A stretch of DNA of 24,000 nt from Paraglaciecola sp. 2405UD69-4. GTDB taxonomy: Bacteria > Pseudomonadota > Gammaproteobacteria > Enterobacterales > Alteromonadaceae. The stretch lies in contig NZ_JBLIXM010000001.1 of the NCBI RefSeq assembly GCF_047525415.1, positions 1,395,979 through 1,419,978 of the forward strand. Reading direction: 5' to 3'. Both the position numbers and the translations under genes were made by a program. Positions 14,605-24,000 of this stretch are shown one piece after another (within the stretch, counting starts at the first letter, position 1; each line of letters begins with the position of its first letter). The notes beneath the pieces are model-generated. The model had not been told where the DNA came from, did no database searches, and worked only from the letters and a program-made list of their open reading frames with translations.

Positions 14605-16476
14605 CTAGATAACAGCCGATTGTCTGTAATCTTGCATCGATTTAATAACTTTAAAGGCATCTTTTAAATGTTCTCTTTCTAGCTTAGAAATGGTTTTAGG
14701 GTCTATGTAGTTGTTTACAGGGAGGTGTTTACATAAAAGCTTTCCTTGATGTTCAAGGCGTACCGAGGTTAAAAACTCATAGGCATCAATTAGGTTTTCT
14801 GCCGATGGTTTGGTTAGTGATTGGGTACCCGAGCACAGCTTTAGTCGTTCTATTGTATTGACCGCTGCAACACCTTCACTTAGGGCGTAAATTCTAGCTA
14901 GGTCAACAATTAGCGCAATGCCACTGTGCTTTAAATCAAGGGTGGAAGTATGTTCACCGTCTTGGATCAGTACAAAGCCTCTGAAAAAACCAATTGGAGG
15001 TTTAGATCTTAATGCGTTGGCAGACATATGCGCAATAAATAGGGTGTTGGCTTTGGTTTTTTGGAGCATGTTTTGACGTACGGTTTCAAGTAAGGTGACA
15101 TCACCATGAATTGTACTTAAATCAAAAAATACACTGCTGTTTAATAGGGCCTTAGGGCTTGGGGTATCTACCCATTTATCAAAATACTGCTGCCAAACGT
15201 TTTGGGGTTGTCGCCATTTTTCGTTTGTTGCCATTATGTTTCCGGGGCAGTACATAAATCCACATTCGGCCAGCCCATCACACACAAAATGTGCGAGCGC
15301 TTTAAACCATTGTTCATCCTCTGGTTTCATTGCATTACTAATGATTAGTGCGTTGTCTTGATCTGAGTGGGCAAGTTGCTCTTGTCTGGCTTGAGAGCCT
15401 GCCGCTAACCATGCATAGGGCACTGGAGCTGGCCCTAAGGTTTGCTCCGCCATTTCTATTAGGCGAATGGTAAAAGCCATAGTAATCGCACTAATATTTT
15501 TGCCTATGTGGTCGGCATTAGAGCCAAGTTTGGTGAGCTTAATTTGTAGTTTATGTATTAGTTTGCTGGTGGTAACTAATTCTGCAATCGAACTTGCTTT
15601 GTGAATTATGCTGGTGATGTTGACTGCATTGTGTTCTTCGTTATTAACTAAATCTGTCACGCTGACCATACCAATCAACTTACCTAGTTTAGTAACTGGG
15701 AGGTGATGAATATGTTTGCTGGTCATGGCGATTAGCGCATCATAGGCATTGCGTTTTATGTCTATGGTGGCAACATCTTTTGTCATGATATCGCTAACTG
15801 GGTTAGATGTGGGTAGGCCAACGGCTACGCATCGTCGCCTGATGTCTTTGTCGGTTATTATGCCCAATTTTAGGTCGGTGATGTTTTTATTGGGATGCTT
15901 TTCATCTACTACCACTAAACAAGAAAACCCAAGCTCTGTCATTTTTATCGCTGCGTCTTGTATCGACACTTCGGGAGAAACTGTCGCAACAGAATGATGG
16001 TAAAAGTCTTCCACCGAAGTATTACTAATAGATGAAGCTAAAATGGCGTCATCGTTGAGTTTGTTCTGTTGATTATGAAGTCTTTGCTCTGACGAGAGTT
16101 CTAAAAATTCGAGTACTTCGGGAGTATCTGCAAGTAAGGTTTTTAAGTTGGGGTAGTCTAAGCTGTAGATTAAGGTGTCTTCTTCTACAATGAGACTAGC
16201 ATGTAAATTAGGCTTCTCCTGACAAAAAACAGCACATATATCGCCCTCAGCATATTTCCCTAGCAGCTCCTTGTTTGTGCCTTCGTGGCGTAGTGCACCT
16301 TTGCGTAAAATATACAATTGAGGCTCTGCCACATTGTCGGGTATTAGGCGTTCCTGCTCACGTAAATAACTGATGCTAATTTCTTTGACTAGCCTATCTA
16401 CAAGGTTATCAGGCAATAAATCAAAGGGAGGTATCCCTCCTACAAACACGCTGATTTCGGCTAGTTCATTATCCAT
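14605..16476 (-). CDS. Signal-sensing putative nucleotidyltransferase: cyclic-nucleotide-binding-like domain + tandem CBS pair + DUF294-type NTase and substrate-binding domains
   Basis: 623 aa. The N-terminal region has a cNMP-binding-like fold (LYILRKGALRH...AEGD). There are two CBS motifs (VSIQDAAIKMTELGFSCLVVVD; AYDALIAMTSKHIHHLPVT). The pol-beta NTase signature is AAGSQARQEQLAHSDQDNALI (GS-x10-DxD). The domain order matches the DUF294 family that accompanies VC_2705-type symporters. Confidence 0.85.
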   Translation of the reverse strand: MDNELAEISVFVGGIPPFDLLPDNLVDRLVKEISISYLREQERLIPDNVAEPQLYILRKGALRHEGTNKELLGKYAEGDICAVFCQEKPNLHASLIVEEDTLIYSLDYPNLKTLLADTPEVLEFLELSSEQRLHNQQNKLNDDAILASSISNTSVEDFYHHSVATVSPEVSIQDAAIKMTELGFSCLVVVDEKHPNKNITDLKLGIITDKDIRRRCVAVGLPTSNPVSDIMTKDVATIDIKRNAYDALIAMTSKHIHHLPVTKLGKLIGMVSVTDLVNNEEHNAVNITSIIHKASSIAELVTTSKLIHKLQIKLTKLGSNADHIGKNISAITMAFTIRLIEMAEQTLGPAPVPYAWLAAGSQARQEQLAHSDQDNALIISNAMKPEDEQWFKALAHFVCDGLAECGFMYCPGNIMATNEKWRQPQNVWQQYFDKWVDTPSPKALLNSSVFFDLSTIHGDVTLLETVRQNMLQKTKANTLFIAHMSANALRSKPPIGFFRGFVLIQDGEHTSTLDLKHSGIALIVDLARIYALSEGVAAVNTIERLKLCSGTQSLTKPSAENLIDAYEFLTSVRLEHQGKLLCKHLPVNNYIDPKTISKLEREHLKDAFKVIKSMQDYRQSAVI

Positions 16477-16624
16477 TCCAACACCTTAGGTAACATTTGA
16501 TGCGTTAATTTGAGACCGCTCAGACATTAAGTCAACGGTTAAATGAGGGTATAAGACCAAGGTGGTATATCTGAGAAAAACAAAGCTTGGTAGTGTTGCC
16601 GATAGTTAAAGTTGTTTATGAAAT

Positions 16625-16638
16625 GTTAATTAATTAAC
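16625..16638. promoter_or_regulatory. Perfect 14-bp palindrome GTTAATTAATTAAC in the divergent promoter region; candidate operator
   Basis: Read directly from the sequence. It is nearly concentric with an outer inverted repeat, TGTTGCC (16594-16600) / GGCAACA (16660-16666). It lies between the divergent DUF294 and DUF4212/symporter operons. Confidence 0.3.
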
Positions 16639-16757
16639 AAGCCAGTTACCTGATGTCTTGGCAACATTTCACTACTCAGACTTTTTCTCAAAACATACCC
16701 TTATTACAAAAATACAAAATGTAATAAATAAAATGGCATCAGTGCTAGGAGAATAAT

Positions 16758-17012
16758 GTGGAAAAGAAGACAACATATTGGCAGGAAAACCTGCGCTTGA
16801 TAACAATATGTCTAGTCATTTGGTTCGTCGTATCATTTGGCTTTGGCTTGTTATTAGTAGAACCACTTAACGAGTTTCGTCTCGGTGGTTATAAACTTGG
16901 ATTCTGGTTTGCTCAACAGGGTTCTATCTATGTTTTTGTTGGTTTGATTTTTTGGTATGGCTTCAAAATGAACAAACTTGACAAAAAATATCAAGCTGAG
17001 GATAAATCATAA
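16758..17012 (+). CDS. Small membrane protein, putative solute:sodium symporter small subunit (DUF4212 type)
   Basis: 84 aa with two hydrophobic helices (LITICLVIWFVVSFGFGLLLV; SIYVFVGLIFWYGF). The GTG start is preceded by AGGAG. Its stop overlaps the symporter ATG (TAATG at 17010-17014). Confidence 0.8.
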   Translation: MEKKTTYWQENLRLITICLVIWFVVSFGFGLLLVEPLNEFRLGGYKLGFWFAQQGSIYVFVGLIFWYGFKMNKLDKKYQAEDKS

Positions 17013-18748
17013 TGGATGAGTTAAAACTTTATACCTACATAGCAGTCTTTGGCTCTTTTACTTTATATTTTGCTATTGCCTGGTGGGCGCGCGCTGCTTC
17101 TACTAGCGACTTTTACGTTGCCAGTGGTGGTGTAACGCCAATGCAAAATGGTATGGCCATTGGTGCCGACTGGATGAGTGCCGCTTCTTTTATCTCTATG
17201 GCAGGGTTAATTGCCTTTTTAGGATATGGAGGCTCTGTATTCTTAATGGGGTGGACAGGCGGTTATGTATTACTGGCTATGTTACTCGCCCCTTACATGC
17301 GTAAGCATGGCAAGTTTACCGTTCCTGAATTTATATCCGACCGTTATTATTCTAAGACGGCGCGTATTGTAGCAGTTGTCTGTTTAATACTTGCTTCGCT
17401 TACCTATATCATTGGTCAAATGAAAGGGGTAGGGGTGGCGTTTTCGCGCTTCTTAGAAGTGGATTACGGCTTAGGTTTAGGCATAGGTATGGCTGTTGTG
17501 TGGTTTTATGCTGTTTTAGGCGGCATGAAGGGCATCACATACACTCAAATCGCCCAATACTGTGTATTGATTTTTGCGTATACCATTCCTGCCATTTTCA
17601 TCTCTTTCCAACTTACCGGTAACCCAATTCCACAGCTTGGGTTAGGTTCAACTCTTGCTGATGGTAGCGGTGTATATTTACTAGATAAACTTGATTTGGT
17701 GGTAACTGAGTTGGGCTTTAAAGAGTACACCACAAGTAATATGAATGGTTCCTTAGATATGTTCGCATACACTATGTCATTGATGATAGGTACTGCAGGG
17801 CTACCTCATGTAATTATGCGCTTCTTTACTGTACCTACAGCACAAGCTGCGCGTTCTTCTGCAGGTTACGCTTTGGTATTCATTGCATTGCTTTATACGG
17901 TAGCCCCAGCTGTTGGTGCCATGGCTCGTCTTAACTTGATGAATACCATTGAGCCTACGGCAGGTCAGCACTTAGAGTATGAAAAGCGTCCGCAGTGGTT
18001 TAAAGACTGGGAACAAACAGGTTTATTAGAGTTTGAAGATAAAAACGGTGACGGCAAAATTCAATACTCTGCAGATGCTGAAACTAACGAAATGGTTAAA
18101 GTAGACAACGACATTATGGTGCTAGCGAACCCAGCTATTGCGAATTTACCTAACTGGGTAATTGCATTAGTGGCTGCGGGTGGTTTAGCTGCGGCATTGT
18201 CAACGGCTGCTGGATTATTATTAGCCATATCTTCCTCCATATCCCATGATTTAATGAAAGGAGTACTGACCCCTGACTTGTCAGAGAAGAACGAGCTGTT
18301 GGCCGGTAGGATAGTCATGACACTTGCTATTTTAGTCTCCGGTTACTTGGGGCTGCATCCGCCTGGGTTCGCCGCAGGTACGGTGGCACTAGCCTTTGGT
18401 TTAGCTGCTTCATCCATTTTCCCAGCACTAATGATGGGGATCTTCTCTAAGAAAATGAGTGGTACAGCAGCGGTTGCAGGAATGTGTTCAGGTATTGGCA
18501 TTACCATGCTTTATGTATTCCAACATAAAGGCATTATGTTTATCCCAGGTACATCATTCTTAGGGGACATGGCACCAAACTGGTTCTTTGGTATTTCACC
18601 TAATGCATTTGGTGTTGTCGGTGCGGTTGTGAACTTTGCCGTTGCCTTTATCGTCTTGAGGTTTACAGGGCCTGCTCCTGATGAAATTCAAGATCTCGTT
18701 GAAAACATGCGTAGCCCAGGTGGCGAAGGTGCAATTAGCGATCACTAA
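17012..18748 (+). CDS. Sodium:solute symporter family permease (ActP-like, VC_2705-type large subunit)
   Basis: A 578-aa polytopic membrane protein with SSS-family features (GADWMSAASFISMAG, GLPHVIMRFFTV). It is translationally coupled to the DUF4212 small subunit. The substrate (acetate or another monocarboxylate) is inferred from the family only. Confidence 0.88.
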   Translation: MDELKLYTYIAVFGSFTLYFAIAWWARAASTSDFYVASGGVTPMQNGMAIGADWMSAASFISMAGLIAFLGYGGSVFLMGWTGGYVLLAMLLAPYMRKHGKFTVPEFISDRYYSKTARIVAVVCLILASLTYIIGQMKGVGVAFSRFLEVDYGLGLGIGMAVVWFYAVLGGMKGITYTQIAQYCVLIFAYTIPAIFISFQLTGNPIPQLGLGSTLADGSGVYLLDKLDLVVTELGFKEYTTSNMNGSLDMFAYTMSLMIGTAGLPHVIMRFFTVPTAQAARSSAGYALVFIALLYTVAPAVGAMARLNLMNTIEPTAGQHLEYEKRPQWFKDWEQTGLLEFEDKNGDGKIQYSADAETNEMVKVDNDIMVLANPAIANLPNWVIALVAAGGLAAALSTAAGLLLAISSSISHDLMKGVLTPDLSEKNELLAGRIVMTLAILVSGYLGLHPPGFAAGTVALAFGLAASSIFPALMMGIFSKKMSGTAAVAGMCSGIGITMLYVFQHKGIMFIPGTSFLGDMAPNWFFGISPNAFGVVGAVVNFAVAFIVLRFTGPAPDEIQDLVENMRSPGGEGAISDH

Positions 18749-18809
18749 AGGCTAACAGCCAATAGAAAGTTTGCCCACATGATGAAGCTTTAATTATGTG
18801 GTTAACATT

Positions 18810-18845
18810 AAAGGCTAAAGATAACCTCTTTAGCCTTTATTTTTC
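18810..18845 (+). terminator. Rho-independent terminator downstream of the symporter gene
   Basis: The 11-bp stem AAAGGCTAAAG (18810-18820) / CTTTAGCCTTT (18828-18838) has a 7-nt loop and is followed by ATTTTT. Confidence 0.7.
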
Positions 18846-18958
18846 TATAAGGCTTTATGAAATATGGGTTAGCATTAGCTACATATTTTAGGTGTATTCT
18901 AGGTTTGTAAAACGTTTTACCTAACCTAATTAACGCGAGTTTTTAAAAAGAGTAAATA

Positions 18959-19396
18959 ATGAATAAACATACAAAAATCGCATTTATGGTGGCTCCAATT
19001 TTAGCTGTGATTGGCTATATAGCCGCTGATTATTATGTTGAAGACCAAGCCGAAGAAGCAAAAGTGGTGGAGTTGCTGCCCTATGAAAGCTGTGACGTAA
19101 TTAACCAAACATGTATTTTGAAATCAGGAGATTTTGAAGTAAATGTGTTTGATAAAAACAAACTAACAACGGTTAACTCAACCTTTCCATTAGACAGTGC
19201 GACACTTTTTTTGGTTGATGAAAACGATCAAGCAACCCCTTATCCATTGGGCATGATACAAAGCCCTTATTACTGGCACACAGAAACTAATTTAAGAGCA
19301 TTAGCCGGTAGCCCTGGGCAAAGCTATAAAATGAGGTTGGTACTTAATATTAAAGGTGGCAGTTATATTTCTGAGTTCTATACGACTACGCTTTAA
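18959..19396 (+). CDS. Hypothetical protein with an N-terminal membrane anchor/signal sequence
   Basis: 145 aa with an N-terminal hydrophobic segment (IAFMVAPILAVIGYIAA). AAAGAG lies upstream of the ATG. I recognise no family. Confidence 0.55.
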   Translation: MNKHTKIAFMVAPILAVIGYIAADYYVEDQAEEAKVVELLPYESCDVINQTCILKSGDFEVNVFDKNKLTTVNSTFPLDSATLFLVDENDQATPYPLGMIQSPYYWHTETNLRALAGSPGQSYKMRLVLNIKGGSYISEFYTTTL

Positions 19397-19426
19397 TCCC
19401 ATTAAGTGATTAAAGCCTATATGTGT

Positions 19427-20011
19427 TTAGTGTTTGCTAGGTGTTATTTTACTTGCCACAACTTTTTCAAAACTAGTATCAGAATAAAACTCAGTGACTA
19501 GGTTTAAATCAGAAATACCGGTGCGCTCCATGAGAGGCACTGCACGTTTGGTGGCAGTAACGTAAACATATTTAGAAGAGCTGTTGTGGCGAGATAGTAA
19601 AGGCTGAATGACATCTTGGTACATTTTATTGGCAAGTAAACTAGCATAACCTTTGTTGCGATATTGGGGCAGGGTAACAAAGTGAACTACGCCTAAATCC
19701 TGATATAGCCTACCTTGAAACAAGGTTTCTTTATCGGTTCGCCCTTGGTAGTTTTCTAAAACACTATAGGCAACTAGCTCTTGGTTGACATAGAGTTTGA
19801 TCACTTCGGCTTGAGTGCCATGTTGTAATTTTTCGTGCTTTGATAGCCATGAAAACAAATACCACATTTTCATATTTATCTGGCCTAACGCGAGCATTTC
19901 TTCAGCGCAGGTTTTACCATTACAATATTCAAAGCGATGCATTATGAGGCCATTTGATTTAAGGGAAGGTAGAAACGTCAGTGGAAACATGACACTAAAG
20001 TGACTTAACAA
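19427..20011 (-). CDS. GNAT-fold N-acetyltransferase-like protein (start uncertain)
   Basis: There is an acetyl-CoA motif A-like segment, VTLPQYRNKGYASLLANKMY (R-x-x-G-x-A). Alternative starts exist at 19990 and 19942, and the first ~23 codons of the tracked ORF may not be translated. Confidence 0.6.
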   Translation of the reverse strand: MLSHFSVMFPLTFLPSLKSNGLIMHRFEYCNGKTCAEEMLALGQINMKMWYLFSWLSKHEKLQHGTQAEVIKLYVNQELVAYSVLENYQGRTDKETLFQGRLYQDLGVVHFVTLPQYRNKGYASLLANKMYQDVIQPLLSRHNSSSKYVYVTATKRAVPLMERTGISDLNLVTEFYSDTSFEKVVASKITPSKH

Positions 20012-20088
20012 AGTAAGTAACTACCTCAGTGGCATGTGTATTTTTTGGGGCGCTGGTACTGAAAGCCTAATCCCAAAAGTATTCTTAC

Positions 20089-20367
20089 TTAGTCAGAACG
20101 CTCTGTAATTTCTAGTAAGTGGTAGCCAAATTGGGTTTTAATTGGGCCATGGACAACATTCAATTCGTCATTAAATACTACTTTATCAAACTCGGGTACC
20201 ATTTGGCCTTGACTAAATCGGCCTAAATTACCACCTTGCGCACCAGAAGGGCACGAAGATTGACTAGCAAGCTCTTCGAACTTTGCTCCATTTTCTATTT
20301 CTTGTTTCAATGCTAAACACTTTTCTTCTGTTTCTACCAAAATATGACGAGCACTAGCTGTAGGCAT
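20089..20367 (-). CDS. ppiC: Parvulin-type peptidyl-prolyl cis-trans isomerase C
   Basis: 92 aa. ARHILV...C..L...I..GA.FEELA...S.CPS...GG.LG.F..GQMVPEFD..VF......V.GP..TQFGYHLL is collinear with E. coli PpiC. Confidence 0.93.
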   Translation of the reverse strand: MPTASARHILVETEEKCLALKQEIENGAKFEELASQSSCPSGAQGGNLGRFSQGQMVPEFDKVVFNDELNVVHGPIKTQFGYHLLEITERSD

Positions 20368-20533
20368 AAGGACTTCCTATAAATTAGATTAAAAATTAAT
20401 TGGTGTGGTAACCAACTGCGCGACACTCTACGTGAACCTTAATCTATCCTCAAGGGATGGCAGCTATGATAGAGTAGATAATCACCGCTTTATCTTCTTA
20501 ACCTTACCAAACAAGAGAGTGTAACTTGTACCT

Positions 20534-20998
20534 ATGAGATTAACGCCACCACTACAAAGTCATTTATTGACCATGATGGATTGGTTTGCAGATGCTCAGC
20601 AAGTGTCTGATTGGGCAGGGCCAGGTGTCAGGTTTCCCTATGATTTAGCTTCATTTACAGCTGATTTGCAGCTTGAAACGCTGAGTTCATATGTGTTGCT
20701 GTCGGATGACAATGACTTGCTGGGGTTTGGTCAGTACTATAAAAGATTAAATAGATGTCACTTGGGGCGTTTAGTCATAAGCCCAGACAAACGCGGTACG
20801 GGGATGGCAGCTGTGCTAATAAAGGCACTGTGTAGCAAAGGTCTGGGAGAAATCGGTACCACTGAGTTGTCGTTATTTGTGCTGGCTCACAATACTAGTG
20901 GCATTAAAGCCTATCAAAAGTTTGGATTTGCGCTGGCTAGTTACCCAGAGCAAATGCCACTAGAAAATTGCTTGTATATGGTTAAGTCAAACCAATAG
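20534..20998 (+). CDS. GNAT family N-acetyltransferase
   Basis: 154 aa. Motif A is LVISPDKRGTGMAAVLIKAL (R-G-x-G-x-A), and the C-terminal region is AYQKFGF. Confidence 0.8.
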   Translation: MRLTPPLQSHLLTMMDWFADAQQVSDWAGPGVRFPYDLASFTADLQLETLSSYVLLSDDNDLLGFGQYYKRLNRCHLGRLVISPDKRGTGMAAVLIKALCSKGLGEIGTTELSLFVLAHNTSGIKAYQKFGFALASYPEQMPLENCLYMVKSNQ

Positions 20999-21016
20999 CT
21001 GTTGAACAAGGTTTTT

Positions 21017-22879
21017 CTAACCGTAAAAATTTTCGATTTTTGCTAATATGCCTTGGCTATCTAGCTGAAGCTCCGCATACATTTCTTGCTGAGTACCTTG
21101 CATAATAAACTCATCGGGTAGGCCAAGTTGTAGTAGCTTAACACTATGCTGACTCGCCATCAGGTATTCTGCGACTGCGCTGCCAGCACCACCGACTATT
21201 GCGCCATCTTCCAAGGTGACAAATAACTCATGGTCAGCTACTAAGGTTTCAATAACTTGAGTATCCAGAGGTTTAACAAAACGCATATCAATCACAGTAG
21301 CGTTAATTTGTTCTGCAGCTTGTTGGGCGTGGGCGAGTAATACACCAAAATTAAGAATTGCAATCTTTTGCCCTTCACGGATAACACGGCTTTTGCCTAT
21401 TGTTAACGCTTGCATGGTAGGCTCAGGTTTTACCCCAGTAGCAGACCCTCTTGGGTATCTGACAGATGCAGGCTTTTGTAACTTATGGCCTGTATATAAC
21501 ATCTGGCGACATTCGTTTTCATCAGAAGGAGTCATGATCACCATGTTGGGGATACAACGTAAAAATGGAATGTCGAATGCACCTTGATGGGTTGGGCCAT
21601 CGGCTCCCACTATTCCTGCTCGGTCTATGGCAAACAATACAGGTAAATTCTGCAAAGCTACATCGTGAATGAGTTGATCGTAAGCTCTTTGTAAAAATGT
21701 AGAGTAAATCGCAACTACTGCGTTTAAGCCTTCTTTTGCAAGGCCAGCAGCAAAGGTTACAGAGTGTTGTTCGGCGATAGCAACATCAAAATATTGAGAT
21801 GGATACTGCTGGGAAAATTTCACCATACCAGAACCTTCTCGCATGGCTGGAGTCACAGCCATTAAGTTAGGATCTTGTGCTGCCATGTCACAAAGCCAAT
21901 CCCCAAATATGGCCGAAAAGGTAGGGTCGCTAGGCGGTGCTTTAGGTAAGCCTTGATCCTTAGGGTTAAATTTTGGAACTGCATGAAACTTTATCGGATC
22001 TTGTTCGGCGAGTTCGAACCCCTTTCCTTTTTTGGTTACCACGTGCAAAATTTGCGGGCCTTTAATACCACGCATATTTCGAAGTGTATCTACTACGCCG
22101 TTTACATCATGACCATCAATTGGGCCAATGTATTTAAAACCAAGCTCTTCAAAAATAGTACCAGGTACAACCATGCCTTTGATGTGCTCTTCTGCACGGC
22201 TGGCAAATTCCTTGATTGGAGGTACGTTACTCAGTAACTTTTTACCGCCATCTCTTATGGAGTTGAAAACGTTACCTGTTAAAAGCCTTGCAAGGTGGCT
22301 ATTAAGGGCGCCGACGTTTTCAGAAATAGACATTTCGTTGTCATTTAAAATGACAACAAGATCTTTATTGATATCGCCACCGTGATTTAATGCTTCGAAT
22401 GCCATACCTGCTGTCATAGCACCATCACCAATAACTGCTACCACTTTGCGGCCTAAGGCTTCCTTTTCTGCAGCAACGGCCATACCTAAGGCTGCACTTA
22501 TAGAGGTGGATGAGTGGCCAACTGCAAAGGTATCGTATTCGCTTTCGGGAGGCCAAGGAAAAGGATGTAATCCATCTTTTTTACGAATAGTTTGCATCCG
22601 TGAGCGGCGGCCCGTAAGAATTTTATGGGGATAAGCTTGATGGCCTACATCCCATAATAAACGGTCAAAGGGGGTGTTGTAGACATAGTGCAAGGCTACG
22701 GTTAATTCTACTGTGCCTAGCCCTGAGGCAAAATGCCCACTACTTTTGCTTACACTAGACAATAAGTACTCTCGTAACTCTTTGGATAGCTGTTTTAGTT
22801 TTTCTTTTGGTAAGTCTCTCAATTGCTCAGGCGTGTTAGCTTCAGCAAGAGTAGGGTAGTGGGTTATATCTAAAGTCAT
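21017..22879 (-). CDS. dxs: 1-deoxy-D-xylulose-5-phosphate synthase
   Basis: 620 aa. It has [34 protein letters not shown], the ThDP motif [16 protein letters not shown]...NDN, and FDVAIAEQH. It sits in the conserved xseB-ispA-dxs operon context. Confidence 0.97.
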   Translation of the reverse strand: MTLDITHYPTLAEANTPEQLRDLPKEKLKQLSKELREYLLSSVSKSSGHFASGLGTVELTVALHYVYNTPFDRLLWDVGHQAYPHKILTGRRSRMQTIRKKDGLHPFPWPPESEYDTFAVGHSSTSISAALGMAVAAEKEALGRKVVAVIGDGAMTAGMAFEALNHGGDINKDLVVILNDNEMSISENVGALNSHLARLLTGNVFNSIRDGGKKLLSNVPPIKEFASRAEEHIKGMVVPGTIFEELGFKYIGPIDGHDVNGVVDTLRNMRGIKGPQILHVVTKKGKGFELAEQDPIKFHAVPKFNPKDQGLPKAPPSDPTFSAIFGDWLCDMAAQDPNLMAVTPAMREGSGMVKFSQQYPSQYFDVAIAEQHSVTFAAGLAKEGLNAVVAIYSTFLQRAYDQLIHDVALQNLPVLFAIDRAGIVGADGPTHQGAFDIPFLRCIPNMVIMTPSDENECRQMLYTGHKLQKPASVRYPRGSATGVKPEPTMQALTIGKSRVIREGQKIAILNFGVLLAHAQQAAEQINATVIDMRFVKPLDTQVIETLVADHELFVTLEDGAIVGGAGSAVAEYLMASQHSVKLLQLGLPDEFIMQGTQQEMYAELQLDSQGILAKIENFYG

Positions 22880-22897
22880 TAAGTGGGTATCAACTCT

Positions 22898-23788
22898 TTA
22901 ATAGGCGCGATGAATAACAAAATTGGTAAATTCGGCCAAGATCTGGGTATTGTAAGGCAAAGTCTGCAAAGCTTGAAGTGCTTGTTTGTGTAGATTTTCA
23001 AGATAAGCTTGTGCTTGCTCTAATCCCATCATGGCCGGATAGGTACTTTTGTTTTGCGCTTGGTCTGAACCTTGGGGCTTACCCAGTACTTCTGAGTCCC
23101 CAACAACATCTAAAATATCGTCTTGTACTTGAAACGCCAAACCAATAATTTTGGCGTATTCTCTCAGAGTATTGCAGCTATCTTGGGTTACATCGTCTGC
23201 AAGAACAATTGCCATTTCTACACATGCAGACAATAAGGCCCCTGTTTTCTTATGATGCAATGCTTCCAGTTGAGCTTGGTTAATAAGTGTATCAGTTGCG
23301 GCTAAGTCCATAGCCTGGCCACCGCACATACCTAAATAGCCAGATGCTTTACTTAAAATATTTACTAGCTTAATTCTTTTAAGATCATTAGAAGCGCTTA
23401 GTGGATGTTGACATAATATTTCAAACGCTAAGGTTTGCAGCGCATCACCAGCTAAAATGGCAGTGGCCTCATCAAATTTTATATGACAGGTTGCGTGGCC
23501 GCGGCGAAGGTCATCATCGTCCATTGCAGGTAAATCATCATGGATTAACGAATAAGCATGCACTGCTTCAATGGCAATGGCAGGACAATCTAAATCAGTT
23601 GCTGTGACGCCGAGCATTTCGCCAGTAGCATGAAGTAAGAAAGGGCGCATTCGTTTACCGCCAATCAACAAGGCGTATTCCATTGCTTGTTTCAAGGTTT
23701 GTGCGTGGTCTGGCAATGCTTGTATAGTTTGACTCAAGGCATTGTTGGTTCTTTCACTAACCGCTTGTCTGTAGGAATGTAAACTCAT
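22898..23788 (-). CDS. ispA: (2E,6E)-farnesyl diphosphate synthase
   Basis: First Asp-rich motif: LIHDDLPAMDDDDLRRG. Second Asp-rich motif: FQVQDDILD. 296 aa, between xseB and dxs. Confidence 0.95.
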   Translation of the reverse strand: MSLHSYRQAVSERTNNALSQTIQALPDHAQTLKQAMEYALLIGGKRMRPFLLHATGEMLGVTATDLDCPAIAIEAVHAYSLIHDDLPAMDDDDLRRGHATCHIKFDEATAILAGDALQTLAFEILCQHPLSASNDLKRIKLVNILSKASGYLGMCGGQAMDLAATDTLINQAQLEALHHKKTGALLSACVEMAIVLADDVTQDSCNTLREYAKIIGLAFQVQDDILDVVGDSEVLGKPQGSDQAQNKSTYPAMMGLEQAQAYLENLHKQALQALQTLPYNTQILAEFTNFVIHRAY

Positions 23789-23797
23789 TTAGCGAAC

Positions 23798-24000
23798 TTA
23801 ATTGTTTGTTTCAAATACATCAAGGGTTTGTTGCCCATTTTGAGTGGTAAGTATCTGTATTTTCTGTTCAGCATCTTTTAATTTTTGTTGACTATTTCTG
23901 ACCAACTCAATGCCTCTTTCAAAACTTTTAAGGGCTTCTTCTAAGGGTAAATCCCCCTGTTCCATCTGGCTAACAAGGTTCTCTAACTCTTGCATTGATT
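23798..24000 (-). CDS. xseB: Exodeoxyribonuclease VII small subunit, N-terminus cut by the window edge
   Basis: ELENLVSQMEQGDLPLEEALKSFERGIELVRNSQQKLKDAEQKIQIL aligns with E. coli XseB from about residue 15 onward. The frame stays open to base 24000, so the true start lies outside the window. Confidence 0.9.
   Translation of the reverse strand, partial: SMQELENLVSQMEQGDLPLEEALKSFERGIELVRNSQQKLKDAEQKIQILTTQNGQQTLDVFETNN

Noticed and set aside
16590-16670. Sigma-54 promoter (TGGTAGTGTTGCC, TTGGCAACATTT) upstream of the symporter operon
   Set aside because: The GG-to-GC spacing is 7 nt in the first candidate rather than 10. The second candidate lacks the -12 TTGC element.

Overview
The window looks like chromosomal DNA from a marine gammaproteobacterium. 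An Alteromonadales-like origin is my inference from protein similarity only. Hand counts give about 42-45% G+C in core genes.

Most of the window is conserved housekeeping sequence:
- ribE-ribBX-ribH-nusB-thiL-pgpA (1-4350).
- A secreted isoaspartyl peptidase/asparaginase, then a small secreted hypothetical.
- A divergent Lrp/AsnC regulator and long-form leuA (6285-8587).
- A DUF294-type nucleotidyltransferase sensor plus a DEDDh exonuclease, divergent from a DUF4212 small subunit plus a sodium:solute symporter (13922-18748).
- ppiC flanked by two GNAT genes.
- dxs-ispA-xseB on the minus strand at the right edge.

The accessory segment is about 8588-13900, between leuA and the exonuclease gene. 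From left to right it contains:
- A ~280-bp hairpin-rich non-coding element bounded by inverted repeats.
- The decayed 3' end of an IS3-like transposase gene.
- A very AT-rich orphan ORF whose only recognisable feature is an ImmA/IrrE- or Lit-like HExxH zincin signature.
- About 400 bp of decayed DNA.
- An intact HUH/Y1 (RAYT/IS200-like) transposase gene bracketed by perfect 15-bp inverted repeats. The left repeat is part of a hairpin and abuts an 8-bp tandem repeat.
- A translationally coupled pair of small membrane-anchored proteins, one of which is an XRE HTH with a C-terminal TM helix.
- An OmpA-like beta-barrel gene preceded by two adjacent perfect dyads.

I saw no rRNA, tRNA, CRISPR array or riboswitch. 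I cannot identify any established multi-gene defence system. The most promising candidates for follow-up are the orphan HExxH protein, the Y1 transposase/REP-like unit, the IR-bounded non-coding element and the membrane HTH pair. All of these are hypotheses that need database and structure searches I cannot run.
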